64,000 nucleotides of DNA from NCBI RefSeq assembly GCF_009834535.1, contig NC_045696.1, positions 93,994,001 to 94,058,000 of the forward strand, written 5' to 3'. Below are positions 24,771 to 37,700 of the stretch, in pieces. The position numbers and the translations under genes were made by a program. Position 1 is the first letter of the stretch. The number at the start of each line of letters is the position of its first letter. The stretch is from Camelus ferus. Lineage: Eukaryota. The notes under the pieces were generated by a model. The model was not told the DNA's origin, made no database searches, and saw nothing but the letters and a program-made list of their open reading frames with translations.

Positions 24771-25786
24771 GAGCCTGTTAAAGAATTCTCCTTCCAGGGG
24801 ATTAAAAACTCCTGAAATCAGAACCTACTTCCCCCAGTCTTGGATCATGACAGAACATTATTTGGAGGAAGAATAACAAGTTCATCTTTTAAAAGCCAAG
24901 GATTTGTGGTATAAATGCAGTGACAGAACATACTTACACATTGGTTCCAGTGCTGTTTGACAGAGCTTAGCTGTTTTCATGCCAGCTAAGAGGATGAAAG
25001 GACTGCAGCCCTCAGAGAGATTATGTAATTTTTGCAATCTAATCTGGCACAACATACAACAACTGAAATGTCGATGGATGGGGTTACTTTCCCCAGAAAG
25101 AATTTTTTATGGTTTTATATAATGGAGGGGCACTGTATTGGGTGTCTTGTTAATAATCTAATTCAGTGTGTTCCTCTTTCTATAAATTGAGACAAACTGA
25201 GGGATATACAACTTCTCTAAAATAGAAGGCCAGTTTAGGGTGTGAAATGTATTTTGTTAAGTCATTTTATGACTCAGTTACTCATTCTCTTTGAGAACAG
25301 GATCCTTTAAGGCCTTAATACTAGCCCTGAATTACTTTAAGAAATATAACATCATAAGAATCCTCTCACCCCTGTCTGCTCCTTCTGCCCTGTCTGGGTT
25401 AATGCATCAGGTAGGACATGCTAAACCTGTCCTTTTGCACACCACTCTGTTGCACCTCTTCCTTAAACTAGCTAGCTAGCAATTCTCCCTCCCCTTAAAT
25501 GTCCTTTCCATTTTTCTGTAGAATACTCCCTAATAATTAAAAAAGAGGGAGACCACATCATTTCTTAACATTTAACACCTGAGTTAAATATATATAGCCT
25601 ATTTGTCCAAAAACTTGTTTTGAGTTCCACTGGGTCTTCAGCAGAACTTTAACATTTATACTGCCCCAAGATCGTTTCTATATATCTCTGTATCTTGGCT
25701 TAGCAGATCCCCTCAGAGTAATCCACACTGCAAAATACTGTTCTTCTTTTGCTTAATCTAAATCCCAAAGAAAAACTCCCTTTCCT

Positions 25787-26123
25787 AGGATTAAGAGGTA
25801 CGAACTATCAGGGATAAAATAAGCTACGAGGATGTATTGTACAACATGGGGAATAGAGCCAATATTTTATAATAACTGTAAATGGAGTATAACCTCTAAA
25901 AATTGTGAATTACTATATTGTATACATGTAAACATATAATATTGTACATCAATTATATACTTCAATTTAAAAATGATATTGTAAAATAAATACATAACAG
26001 AAATTTAAAAAAAGAACCAACCATGTTGTTAAAGGTAATTTGAATCAGGGTTTCTGTTACTTGCTGTCAAAGGCATCCTACAGTCTAATAAATTAAACTT
26101 TCCGGTGTTACAAAGAAAAAGAA
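25787..26123 (+). mobile_element. 5'-truncated L1 3' end with ~100-bp 3' transduction and second A tail
   Basis: L1 3' UTR (ATAAGCTACGAGGATGTATTGTACAACATGGGGAATAGAGCCAATATTTT...TACTTCAATTTAAAA), A-rich tail, non-L1 segment with AATAAA (26087-26092), second A tail from 26112; TSD AAAGAA(A/G)AACTCCCTTTCCT at 25767-25786 and 26124-26143. Confidence 0.85.
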
Positions 26124-26989
26124 AAAGAAGAACTCCCTTTCCTGGCAGTGGTATCAGCTAAGAATTAAGAGGAAACAATCAGATTTAACTAATTCACACT
26201 ACTGTATAAACAGGACAATCAAATTTATGCATTCTATTTAGCTGTTTATAATACTTTTTTTCTGTTTCTACATGTTCTCTGTAAAGATTTTAAGTTTTTT
26301 TTCTCATATGCAGTTATCTGAACAAGTTGAGTTTGTATTTGAGGGTACCTGGTGCACATTTACACACAAAGTGGAGCTATAAATGAACACCAGTCCAAAA
26401 AATCCACTTAACTCTTCTTGTAGTGTATAAACATAGAACTATTAGTAAGTGTTGCATAGGTGAATAACTGAATAAAGCTACATAGGACAGAAGGCAGACC
26501 CTAGAGAGGATCTGAAGGTGATATTCAGTGCTGGAAGGCATTTTCTCCTCTCTTCCTGGGCAAAAAATCTGATTTAAATGTAAGACTCTAGATTGTACTT
26601 TAAAGGAAAATACCTGTTAACCCAAAAGTATCTCCAGTAGTGGCGTTTTACGTAATCTGGCTAATTGAAGCACACAGTTCAGGCAGAGTGAGGAACTATA
26701 TTTTGGTCAAGGAGCCAATCTACCTATGTCCTGCCTGTGTATCTCTCTCTCGAGCTACCTCGTCTTTTATAGCAACTATTCTTTCCTTTAAAAAAGTAAA
26801 TTATGGAATGTATCTACATAGGTCATTTATCTGGGAGGTAAATATCTAGATAACAGAATTTTTTTTAAGTATTTAAGAATTTATTCATTATTTTCATTTT
26901 TTTTAAATCAACGCAAGAATGGTTTTCTATTTGCTCTTGTGCATCTGTGCCAGGCAATGGTGTGATCCAGGAGGCTGAGAACCTGTGGC

Positions 26990-27500
26990 AGGAGGCAGTG
27001 GGTGCTGGACTACACTGTGGGTGCTGTTGCCGTCAAGACACGGGTATGATCAAGTAGGTTGTCATGGGGAGACCAAAGTTACTCTAAGAAGCCATTTTAT
27101 GAAATAAAAGTGATTTACCACTGAGCGGAGGTATCCCAGTTGTAGAAGCCAAAAGAGACATTTGCTAAGCAAAGACGTGGAAGATCGAACGGCTGGCGCT
27201 GCTGGATCCCTCCAAGTACTGCCATACTGTCATTTCCATAGGCTTCTGCACGTACTGCATCTATATACCTGTAGTTAGCGAACTGGACACACCGCATGTG
27301 CACGTCAACACAAACTTCCCCCAAAGTACATATTTCATAGAGATTCAGTGATTGTGAGGTTTTTTTTTTTGATTAGTGCCATTTATTTTTTTTAGGAGGG
27401 GTATGTTCACTGCAAATTCTGGTTTTTGTTGCAAAAACATGAGTAAAATGCATTTGTGAAGGTTTTGTGAATAATTTTTTTTTCCTTTTCTAAAGTTAAA
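26990..27500. repeat. Ancient repeat-like element retaining CpGs (possibly MamRep605-like)
   Basis: GAGGCAGTGGGTGCT...TATGATCAAGTAGGTTGTCATGGGGAGACCAAAGTTACT...AGCCATTTTATGAAATAAAAGTGATTTA recalls MamRep605 from memory only; about 11 CpGs in 27031-27304. Confidence 0.35.
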
Positions 27501-29805
27501 CTTGGATAATTTCAAGTGAAGTAAAGCTATTCAAGAATCCTGTAACTCCCACCCCACTAATGCTTTTCCACTCCACCTGTATTCATCAGTACAGTGTGAA
27601 GGAGACAGGCAGGAGGACCCAATAAAAGGGTTTGAATCCCTGCATAAAAGAGTAGGGATAGAGTAAGAATAGAGAAAGAAAAGTTCTAGACCAGGGCTTG
27701 AAGAGAAAATATTTTTTTCTTTTTCTTTTTTGTTTTGTCTTGCTTTACCTTTCCTTGGTTTTGGCAAATGAAAGGCTCTAGTGGGTGTGGAATCTGAGAG
27801 GCCTGGAGAGGAGAGAGGGTAGCAAGACCTGATAACTGTGCTGTGGGTTGGAGTGTTTAGAATGGACCCCCTTTACCGTCTTTACAGAGGTTCAACTACA
27901 GAATGGAATTTGCAAGTTTGGACTGTGCCTCCTTGACAGATAATACTCTGGGGCTAAAGCTCATGGGATACAACCCAAAAGCATTAGATTTCATTTCTTC
28001 TTCAATGGATTACATGAAATAATAATATTAAACAAAAAATGTGAAGACATAAATGCATTTAATACTCACTTATTTCTTATCATATCTTATATCCCTCAGT
28101 AAACCTCTATTTAAAGCTCTAATATTTCTCCTCCCCTCCACCAATATTGATCTTTTGTCTAACCTCCAAAAATGTGAAACTGGAGCAGTGTATAGTCTCT
28201 GAACATTCCTGAAAACAGTCTTCCATTGTAAAAGTAATATAATCACATTATAGAAAATTTAGGGGGAAAAAAAGGGAAAAGAAGATACCACCTACAGTAG
28301 TATTACTCTGATATAAATTGCCACAAGTGAATATGATACTATTTTGTCTATTTTCTCTACTTTTCTTGCTTAATAAAAGGTTATTAATTCTAATATTAAA
28401 CACTTTACCTAAGATAACGTAGGTTCCCGTTTCACACTAATGCAATGGCTCTCAGGCATCTGGGATCTCAGGAGGAGAATTGTTAGAAGTTATTTTATAC
28501 TTTTCAGGAGTTCATGTGTCAGAATCAGACTGTCAAATAGGTTCATGTTAAGGTCTGTTAAACTCTGAAAGTCCTGGGACAAAGTCTAAATTTATCCTTA
28601 GAAAAAAATGATGATCCTGAAAGTGCTAAGAAAATAAAATTTCTTAATGATATACCATTATGATGTCCATATTTTTCATACATTTAACATTATGAGGCTG
28701 TATATTTGCCTCTTACGTTCTTGTCTGGATAGCAAGATGATGTGCCAAATCACCTTGTCAAGACATCTCTATGTCAGGATGTAGTCAAAGATATTGGAGT
28801 AGGTGGAGAGACACCCTTACTCCCCTTTTTGGGCCCAATTTCCTCATTTGTAATAATGGAATGGAATTAGATGATCACTAAGGTTCAGTCCTATTTCAGC
28901 AATATATTCTGTAGAGTTGAGAACTTGAAGAATGTCTTTGGTTTAATACAGAGTTATTTTTAGACAGAAATGTCTTTTGTGTTCTCAACTCATATGAGAC
29001 TAGTCTTCAAAAATTTTTTCTTAAATAAATCTGCTAAATTTTAAATCTGCTAAAACAATTTTGAAAAATACATATCCTCTTGCCCATCTAAATGTACATT
29101 TAAAATTTCTCATCATAATTATAAACAAAGGGTATCATTTCCAGCATAATGTAAATATTGATCTTTTAAAATAAAACTCTTCAAAAAGCACTCAATATAA
29201 CCTAAAAACCATAGCAATGTGTTGCTAACCATAATCCATTAAAAAACAAATGATGAATAAACCTTCAAACCCGAAGTTCCACTCTTAGTTTGCTTTGAAC
29301 TTGTATTTCCATTCTATTCCTCCCATAGAATTTTATCATAACTTAATATATTTTTATGCTTAAAATCTTTTATCAATTATCAGATTACTCTGTAATAAAA
29401 TTATGTGTACCCATTTGGAAATAATTTCTAAAGATTTGCGTCCATAAGGGTCTAACTATTGAAGATTCTTTGATGTGAGCTTTTATAACAATTATTGCTA
29501 CACAGCTGAACTAAACAACACAAATATGTATTATAAATTTTGACACACAATTATTAAGGAAATGCAATTTTTTAGGGAGATGGATGGAAATTTTTTCCAG
29601 ATAACCCTATGTAGACATGGATAAATGTAATTTATTGTTAGAATGAGACAGGGTTGAGTATCAGTTCTCCCTAATTTTCATATTTGCAGGCGAAAAGACT
29701 ATGTCTATTTAAATAAGTAGATTGAAACGGAAGTTTTTTTTTATAACAGTGTCATTCAGTTCTTTGAATTCTTGAGACATACACGAAAAAATCATATATG
29801 ATCTT

Positions 29806-30387
29806 TGTGATGGGCAATTTTATGTATCAATTTATCTAGGCTATGATGCCCAGTTATTTGATCAGAAGTGTCAAGCGTAAGTCTAGATGTTGCTATGGAA
29901 GCACCTGTGAAGATGACTGACCTTTATAATCAGTTGATCTTAATATGATGGACCTCATCCAATCAGCTGAAGGCTTTAAGAGCAAAGACTGAGGTTTTTT
30001 GAAGAAGCAATTCTGCCTCAAGACTGCAGCGTACAAATGCTGCCTGAATTTTCAGCCTGCCATCCTGTCTTGCAGATTTCAGACTCAAGACTGCTACAGT
30101 TAGGAATCATGGTGCCAAGAAGAATAAACCTATTCAGATACTCTGGAATTCTTTCCTTAAGAAAGAGACATTCCTTTCTCCATAATGATTTTTGGCTTCC
30201 TAAACTTAGCGTGACAGTGTACCCAGTTTCTGAAAAAAAATGTGGAAAGACTATTTTTCTGGGATGTGCCTAAACTTTATATATGTATATATATTTTATA
30301 CACACACAAACACACACACACGTAAACTTTATATTATATATATGTATATCTCCTATTGGTTCTGTTTCTCTGGAGGACCCTAATACA
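29806..30387 (+). mobile_element. ERVL solo LTR (MLT2B/D-like) with internal foreign segment
   Basis: TGTGATGGGCAATTTTATGTATCAATT...CCTCATCCAATCAGCTGAAGGC...CTCCTATTGGTTCTGTTTCTCTGGAGGACCCTAATACA; 5-bp TSD ATCTT/ATCTC. Confidence 0.88.
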
Positions 30388-32523
30388 ATCTCTTATCAAA
30401 AACATTTTTTAGTGACCTATTATTTGACATTTGGTTTAGTTCTTTTATAAATTTTTTAAGGCAAGGAATTGAATACTTCCTGATTGCCAAAAATGATTTC
30501 TTATCCTGTGTTAACTTTCTCAACACCTACATAACATTTCAAATTAGTGTCTGTGGTGCTCCAGAGGCTTTCATATCCCTAAAGCGATGTCCTTTTTTGT
30601 AAAGCAGAAGGATAATCATGAAAGAGAACCATTTTAAATGGATTTATTTCTGTAAAACTATCTTTGTCCCACAACTCCATGGAAAATCTATCGTAGCCTC
30701 AGGGTTACTATATCCTAGCCGGAAAACAGCTGATATAGACCATCTTCCTTCCTACATTCTTAAATATTATTTCTATTGGTAATTTATTTATGAACAGCAT
30801 TTTGACTATGGTAGAAATAAAATACATTAAGGATGATTAAGCTCAGAAATAAGGTAAAATTCAATGATGATCATTTATTTGGAAACAATGATATCTAAAT
30901 AATATTAATGATGTTATTGATATTCAGTTAAACATATTTCAACAAACTAGAGCACTTTGATTAAATTCCTTTTTGTTCATTTGTAACTTAATCATAAATT
31001 TTTACATATTCCTACTTAATATATCAAACTCAACTGAATAATTGATCTTCATCACTTACTTCACTACTATGGGAACACGTTAAGTTATGCTTTGGAATTA
31101 TTTGCTAAATATCTAAAATGCTCTTTTAGGTCATACATAAGGGAAAGGGATATAAACAACATTTTATGACACCTAATCCAAGTATTTTTTATGCAATAGC
31201 CCAAGAGTCTCCCAGACTTAGCATAATGTAGGGGCTTCATAAACATCTGATGAATTAACTGAAAGTACAAGAACAGATTCTCAGTACTAAGTGCTCAAAA
31301 TTATGGTTGTATTTGAAAGTGAAGCAATCACATTAATGAAAATAACTCCTTCTATAGATTAACATGAAAGATGTTAGAACCTGATGACAAACTAGTTTTT
31401 AAAAAGAGCCTCCTGATAGCAACAGATTGACACCTATTACCTGTAAGCTGCTTTATTTCACTTAGATAATTAATATTACCAATACCGTGGAGAATTCTTA
31501 CCAGTGAAATGTAACCTTAATTAACTTTATAAAATACAATCTAAAAACTCTTAAGTGAATTAATATGTGTAAGTGTTCAATAAGTGTTAGTTATCATTAC
31601 TGTGATTATACCCCCAGCTTGCTTTGTTCTTTTCATAGGTAGAACACCGTCCTAATTACCAAACTTCCTGGCTGTGCCAGTTGAACTGTCAGTGTTCATT
31701 CATGTTCAATGTGTCATCTAGATTCCTTCCATTCTTAAAATTCTTTATTTAAAAACAATTTCTTTTTTTTTAATTAAGAACTGCAATTTCTTGGAGAGTC
31801 AATGTTGTGAACTGAAAATTTTCTAATATTTCTTACTAATTATGTATGTTGTTTGGTATAATGCATAAAATTGAATAGAATAAAATCTACCAATGTTTAG
31901 AAAATGATGTCTTATTTCAAAAATTTGAATAGCAATTAGATGGTACAATAACTTAGGGAAAAAATGAGGCTTCATGCCCTCTAGTTTCCTAATTAAAATA
32001 AGCCTATTTCTAGGTTGGGAGAAAATGTCAGTAAGATCATTCCTCCTATCTGAAAATCATACAAAGCTTTTTGGAGTCACACAGGCCGGAGTGCAGCTAG
32101 ATGACATCCCTCACATCTATAAAAGCTGTTGTCTGCTTTTAAAGGAAAAGCTCTCAGCATGATTTTAATGTTGCATTTCCAAAATACAGCTTGAAGCTCT
32201 TCTCAGGGCTGAACCAAGCATAAAGGTAATGATTACTATCTGTCTCACATTAAAACAACAACAACACAAAGATCTACTTATTGTCTTTAGGCTCTGCTTT
32301 TAAGGAGCCCTTAAACTATTTCTTTAAAATTTCCTTTTATTCTGTAGTTATCTACTACTACAGCGCTGATTTTTCTCCTGTGCTATTATATTCAACAATC
32401 TCTCACTGAGGTCTGATGACACTTGTGCTGCAGAATTTTTGCCTAAGTGAAAATATAATTAAGCAGACAAAGATTATCTTTACCATAAATCACATACCCT
32501 AAATTACATATTCAGACTGGCAA

Positions 32524-33473
32524 TGATACTGAGCAGGACCCTGTGGGCCCCCACCCCCAACCCCTGCCTCTTGTTTACAGAAAAAAGCTGAAGTCTCCCA
32601 GGCCTCCCTAAGTCATAGAAGAGCAGGCTCAAGCAGTTGATTAGGACAAACCTGCAGGCACTGGGGGATGGCAATGACTCTGACTACCTATCTCACCAAT
32701 TAACTGAGATTATTCCTTCAGTTTCCTTTAAAACTTTCATGGCTGAACAGAATCTTTGGAGATTTTTTTTTGGGGGGGGGGGATGCTAGGTCCATCAGAT
32801 TGTAGGCATGTTTATTAAAAGTAACTTTCCTTTTTATTACCAAGTCGGTTGCCCCAGGATCATACCCCTGCCCCTCTCTCGTAATAGAAACCAATTACCC
32901 TTACCTAAGTATTAGGAGGCAATTGCAAAAAGAAGAAATAAGAACCAGTTAGAACCAATGAAGCCCGAGATTGTGGAGCATTTGACTTCCGTAGGCCTTA
33001 AGCCTGATTACACACATATTGTAATATATTAGTATGCTAATGACACACCCACCAGCACCATGACAATTGATGATTACCATGACAACAACCAGAAAGTGCA
33101 TATAAGGACTGAAAAACCTTTACAAGGAGTGAATGGTTCCATCACACCCAGGAGGAGGACAGGATGGCAGAAGCCTCTCATAAAAATCAACGTACATCAA
33201 AAACTGACACAACATTGTAAACTGACTATACTTCAATTTAAAAAAAAGGAAAAAAAAAATCCATGGGGCTCTAACCAGAACGGAGGTCTCTACTGGTTAT
33301 CATGGCTGATGGCTACCCGCTGGAGTACTTTTCTTTCCTTTTCCTCTTTTTAGCAATAAAGTGGCTGTTCACTTTGTCCCTCTGCCTCTCCTGCATGAAT
33401 TCTTTCACAGCGGGCAGCAAGGACCCACACTTTGATAGGCTTCCTAATTTAGGGATCCTTCTATCCACTAACA
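32524..33473 (+). mobile_element. ERV1-type solo LTR
   Basis: TG...CA termini (TGATACTGAG ... CCACTAACA), perfect 4-bp TSD GCAA (typical of class I ERV), TATA-like boxes, AATAAA at 33355-33360. Confidence 0.8.
33189..33259 (+). mobile_element. ~70-bp L1 3'-terminal insertion inside the ERV1-type LTR
   Basis: ACTGACACAACATTGTAAACTGACTATACTTCAATTT + polyA, nearly identical to the terminus at 10370-10400; flanked by AAAAATC on both sides. Confidence 0.85.
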
Positions 33474-33536
33474 GCAAGATACAGATACTGCCATCAATTC
33501 AATCTTGATGGTTCAAGAGTATTCCAGCCCCCACCC

Positions 33537-33720
33537 CAATGGTGTGCTGGAATTGGTTTGCACCGGCCTGTGAGAGCTGACTTTTAAATTATGAGGAATC
33601 ACATTGGTAGCCTGAAATTGGTCATGGAGGGAGTATGAAAACCAGCAAACATTACAAATCAGCACTTTTTCTTTTTTTTCCAGAGAGGCCAGCTCTTAAA
33701 CATTAACCAGCATACCTCTG
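33537..33720 (+). mobile_element. hAT-Blackjack MITE (MER63A-like)
   Basis: Terminal inverted repeats CAATGGTGTGCTGG / CCAGCATACCTCTG and internal GCACCGGCCTGTGAGAGCTGA. Confidence 0.75.
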
Positions 33721-34779
33721 TGTACACATACACACACTCAGTGAAGTTTGTACGGTCTGGGGTAAAAAATTCAATGATTCATATCCAATTGGCTGTTTCT
33801 CTGTAGAGTTGTGAATGAAATATACTACATTCTTGGGAGAAAAAGATGAAGGCTAGACAAAAGATGAATGTGTTATAGAAAATTTATAAATTGGTTTTAG
33901 AACATACAGTTCTAGATTTTATCTCCAACTAAAAACATGTTCAGTGAAAATGAATAGCTGGTTATTATCTTAATAAACAAGGACTCCATTTACAACTGAG
34001 CAACTGTCTTCTTTAGAGGAAATCTCTCATGTGATTCTTCCTCTGTCCTCAAAAAGGAGCCCAAACTTAGACTCAATTCCCATTTACTGTGAGGCAATGT
34101 TTCTTGGCAAAGTAAGAGAATTGTAGAGTTAGTTTGCCAGTATAGAATTAGCCTCAAGGCACACTGTTCCAACACTGTTGCTTATATTGTTTCAGTTACA
34201 AGGGCCTTTATTGTACTTAATGTAATGCACACACAGGCAAAGGGAAGAGTCAGTATTGGTAGGGGTCCTTTGAATTGCACACATTTGCTTCCCGGGCAGT
34301 TACGGGCAGCAAGACTGGGGTAATGTGTAAATTAGCTGACATTAGCATCTATTGTGCCTAAATGGCCTTCCAAACGTAACAGCTGAGATTCCACTCTTCT
34401 GCCCCGGAGTTCACATGTTAAAAGTTATTGTATTTAGAGACTTGTAAGATTGACACACAGACTAGTGCAGTCCAAGATTCTCTCAAAGGCTGCTTATTAA
34501 GAAAACTTCTGAGACTTAGGTCATTTTTCTATCCATTCACATTATTTTTTTTTCAAACGGACAGTCCAGAACAATAACTAGAGCTTTACCATGGTCGTGT
34601 ATAATTTTACTCTTTAACAAACCAGATTTCAGTTATGACAGAAAAAAATACGTAATTATTATGGTAATCAATTATTCATTCATGACTGACAGACACCTAT
34701 AATTATATAATAATTTAGCTTATCTTTAGTAAACAGTTTTAAAATTTCATTTTTATAGGATTTGAAATAAAATTAGGTA

Positions 34780-37700
34780 GTATGTAATTACATTTTGTAA
34801 ATATTCCATTTGTTTGTGAACAGAATGTATATTTTTTGTGTGAGAAAGCCCATATTAAAGTTTCTTCACATGATTATGGTCTTGCCCATTTCTCTATTGA
34901 TTTCTATACTTCGCAGACGTACTTGGCTGTTTTTCCTTCTTGATGAACTATTTATTAAACAAATCTGAAATATCCTTGTTTTTTTAATGTCTTAAAATCT
35001 ATTTTTACTATTAAATATTAATACATCACATTTTTGTTAATATTTATCTGCTACAGATTTTCCATCTACTATCCTAAATCTTGTGTGTCATTTGTGTAAA
35101 TGGGTCTTTTATAAATCATACAAACTAGATTTAAAGCTGAACTATATCTGAGAATTTGTCTTTTAAGAAGTAAACTTAAGCCATTCACATTTTTAAAAAT
35201 TACTGATAAGTTTGGACTTATTTTTGCCACGTTATGTTTTATACTCTATTTACTGTGCTTTTGACTCCGTGCTGTTTCCTTTTCTATTTATTTTTGGGTT
35301 TATCAATTATTCTACTTTTACTTCCACTCTTAGTTTAGAAGTTCTACATTTTTAAATAAATTATATTTTAATGGTTCCCTAAGTTTTGAACATTTTATTG
35401 AATTCAAGGCAAGAAATCACAAATATACAACTTGATTTTTTAAAAAGAGTGTACATTTTTAGAGCAGTTTTAGGTTTACAACAAACCTGAGAGGAGGGTA
35501 GAGAGATTTCCCTTATGTTTCCTGCCCTCACACAGGCACTCACCAGAATGGTACATTTATTACGAAGGATGAACCTACAATGACACATCAGAATCACCCA
35601 AAGTTCATAGTTCAGTTTAGGCTTTACTCTTGGTGTTGTACATTCTGTGGGTTTGGACAAAAATATAATGACATATATCCATCAGTATAATATCAGTCAG
35701 AGTATTTTCACTGACCTAAACTCTTCCATGCTCTGCCTATTCATATTCCCCCATCATTCCCCTCTTTCCTAGAAACCACTGATCTTTTTATTGTTTCTAC
35801 AGTTTGCCTTTTCCAGAACGTCATATAGTTGGAATCATACAGTATGTAGCCTTTTCAGATTGGCTTCTTTCTCTTAGTAATATGTATTTAAGATTCCTCC
35901 ATTTCTTTTCTTGGCTTGATAGCTCATTTCTTTTTAGCGCTGAATATTACATTATCTGGATGTACCACAGTTTATTTATTAATTCACCTACTGAAGCACA
36001 GCTTGAGGTCTGGCAACTACAAATAAAGTTGCTATAGACATCCATGTGCAGGTTTTTGTGTGGACATAAACTTCCAGCTCTTTTGGGTAAATAAGAAGGA
36101 TTTTCAGATTATTTTTGATATCCTGAAATTTCACCATGATGAGCGCAGGAAATGGATCTTTTTCATTTATTCAAGTCAGCACCTTAAAATTTTCTGCCTT
36201 TTAAAAATTCTGAAAATAAAACAAAAATTACAAATGTTTCCCTTTCCATTTTCTTTGGCCCCTCCATTTGTATTTCCAGTGAGATTTTTGAAATCTTTTG
36301 TTCTACTTCCTTGGTCCTTTGGTGCTGCATTTTGAGTGAAATATTAAAGCTGTGTGTATATGTGTGTGTTGTATGCGTATAATGAAACCTCACATATCCA
36401 TCATCAGTCTCAAGAACTAGCAACATTTTCCACTTTGTTTGATCCATTCCCACACATGTATCATATATGTACATGTGTAGAAATCAAATATTATATAATA
36501 TATATAATTTTTTGCTGAAGACATTTTAAAGTAAATCTAAGACATATCACTTCACTGGTTAAGTACTTAAATATTCCTAATAGGGAGGAGTTTTCTATTT
36601 AACTACAGTACCATTATCATTCTCAAGAGAATTAATAATAATTCCTTAATATCATTTAATAACAACCTAGTTTATAAATAATTTTCTCTTAGTATCCATA
36701 TCAGTGGGTTGTTCAAATAAGTCCACATATTGCATTTAGTTAATTTATACCTTAAGTCCCTTTATTCTATAACAGTCCCCACTCATTTAAAAACACTACT
36801 TGTTAACTGAAAAAACAAAGTTGTTTGCTTTATAGAACTTCTCATATCTTGGATTTTGTCGATAGTATCTTTGTAGTATCAGTTGACATGTTTTTCTGTT
36901 ACCTGAATTTCCTGTAAACTAATGTTTTTATTTAACTGCTTGATGAGATTCAGATTCAATTTTTGAAAAGGTTAATACATAGGTGGTACAAGGTATGTAG
37001 TATAAAAACAGTTCTTTATTTCTTAATGATGTTAAGATCATTCACTTGATACAGGTATTGTCTGAGCCAGCCATTACAAAGATTCTTAACAACTTTTTAT
37101 CTAGTATTTTTAAAAACCATTAATAATTTTGTATTAAACATTATTAGCAGCAGAAAGTATTAATTTTTCTAATTGAAATGACTATTCTACAAAGGAGAAC
37201 ATTCCCTTATCAACTTATTAGTTACCCTGAAATAGTCTGTACAGAAAAGACAAGATAAATACAGATAATTTCATTTTACTTCACAGTTTTCAGAATAAAA
37301 AACTGATGTTCTAAAAAACCTCCAAAGGTTATTAGGCATAGAAATTTTGGAGTTTTATTATCAACCAATGGATTTTTATATATTTGATGTGTTTCTATCC
37401 ATTATAGTCGTGATTCTTTTTTGACATTCAAATTTCTATTCTTTAGCCAATGGGAGTCAAAATTGGCTTTGTATCTTTTTTGAAAATGATACTAGTAGTC
37501 CTTGATACCCTCTGTGCTTTCTAGACAGGAAGATGCTCCAGACTTATCTAGTGCATTCTCTGCCTGGCTTGGACTGGCCATTCTTTGAGGAACCTTGGTT
37601 CTTTTTGGTGAGAAAAGGTATTTGAAGACCACAATCCGGTACTGGGGGTTCTCACTGCTAGCTATTGGTTGTCATTGTTTCCATGCCTTTTAAGTCGACA

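Noticed and set aside
27115..27324. 69-aa minus ORF as a terminal coding exon
   Set aside because: No convincing acceptor upstream, protein not recognised, lies in a probable ancient repeat.
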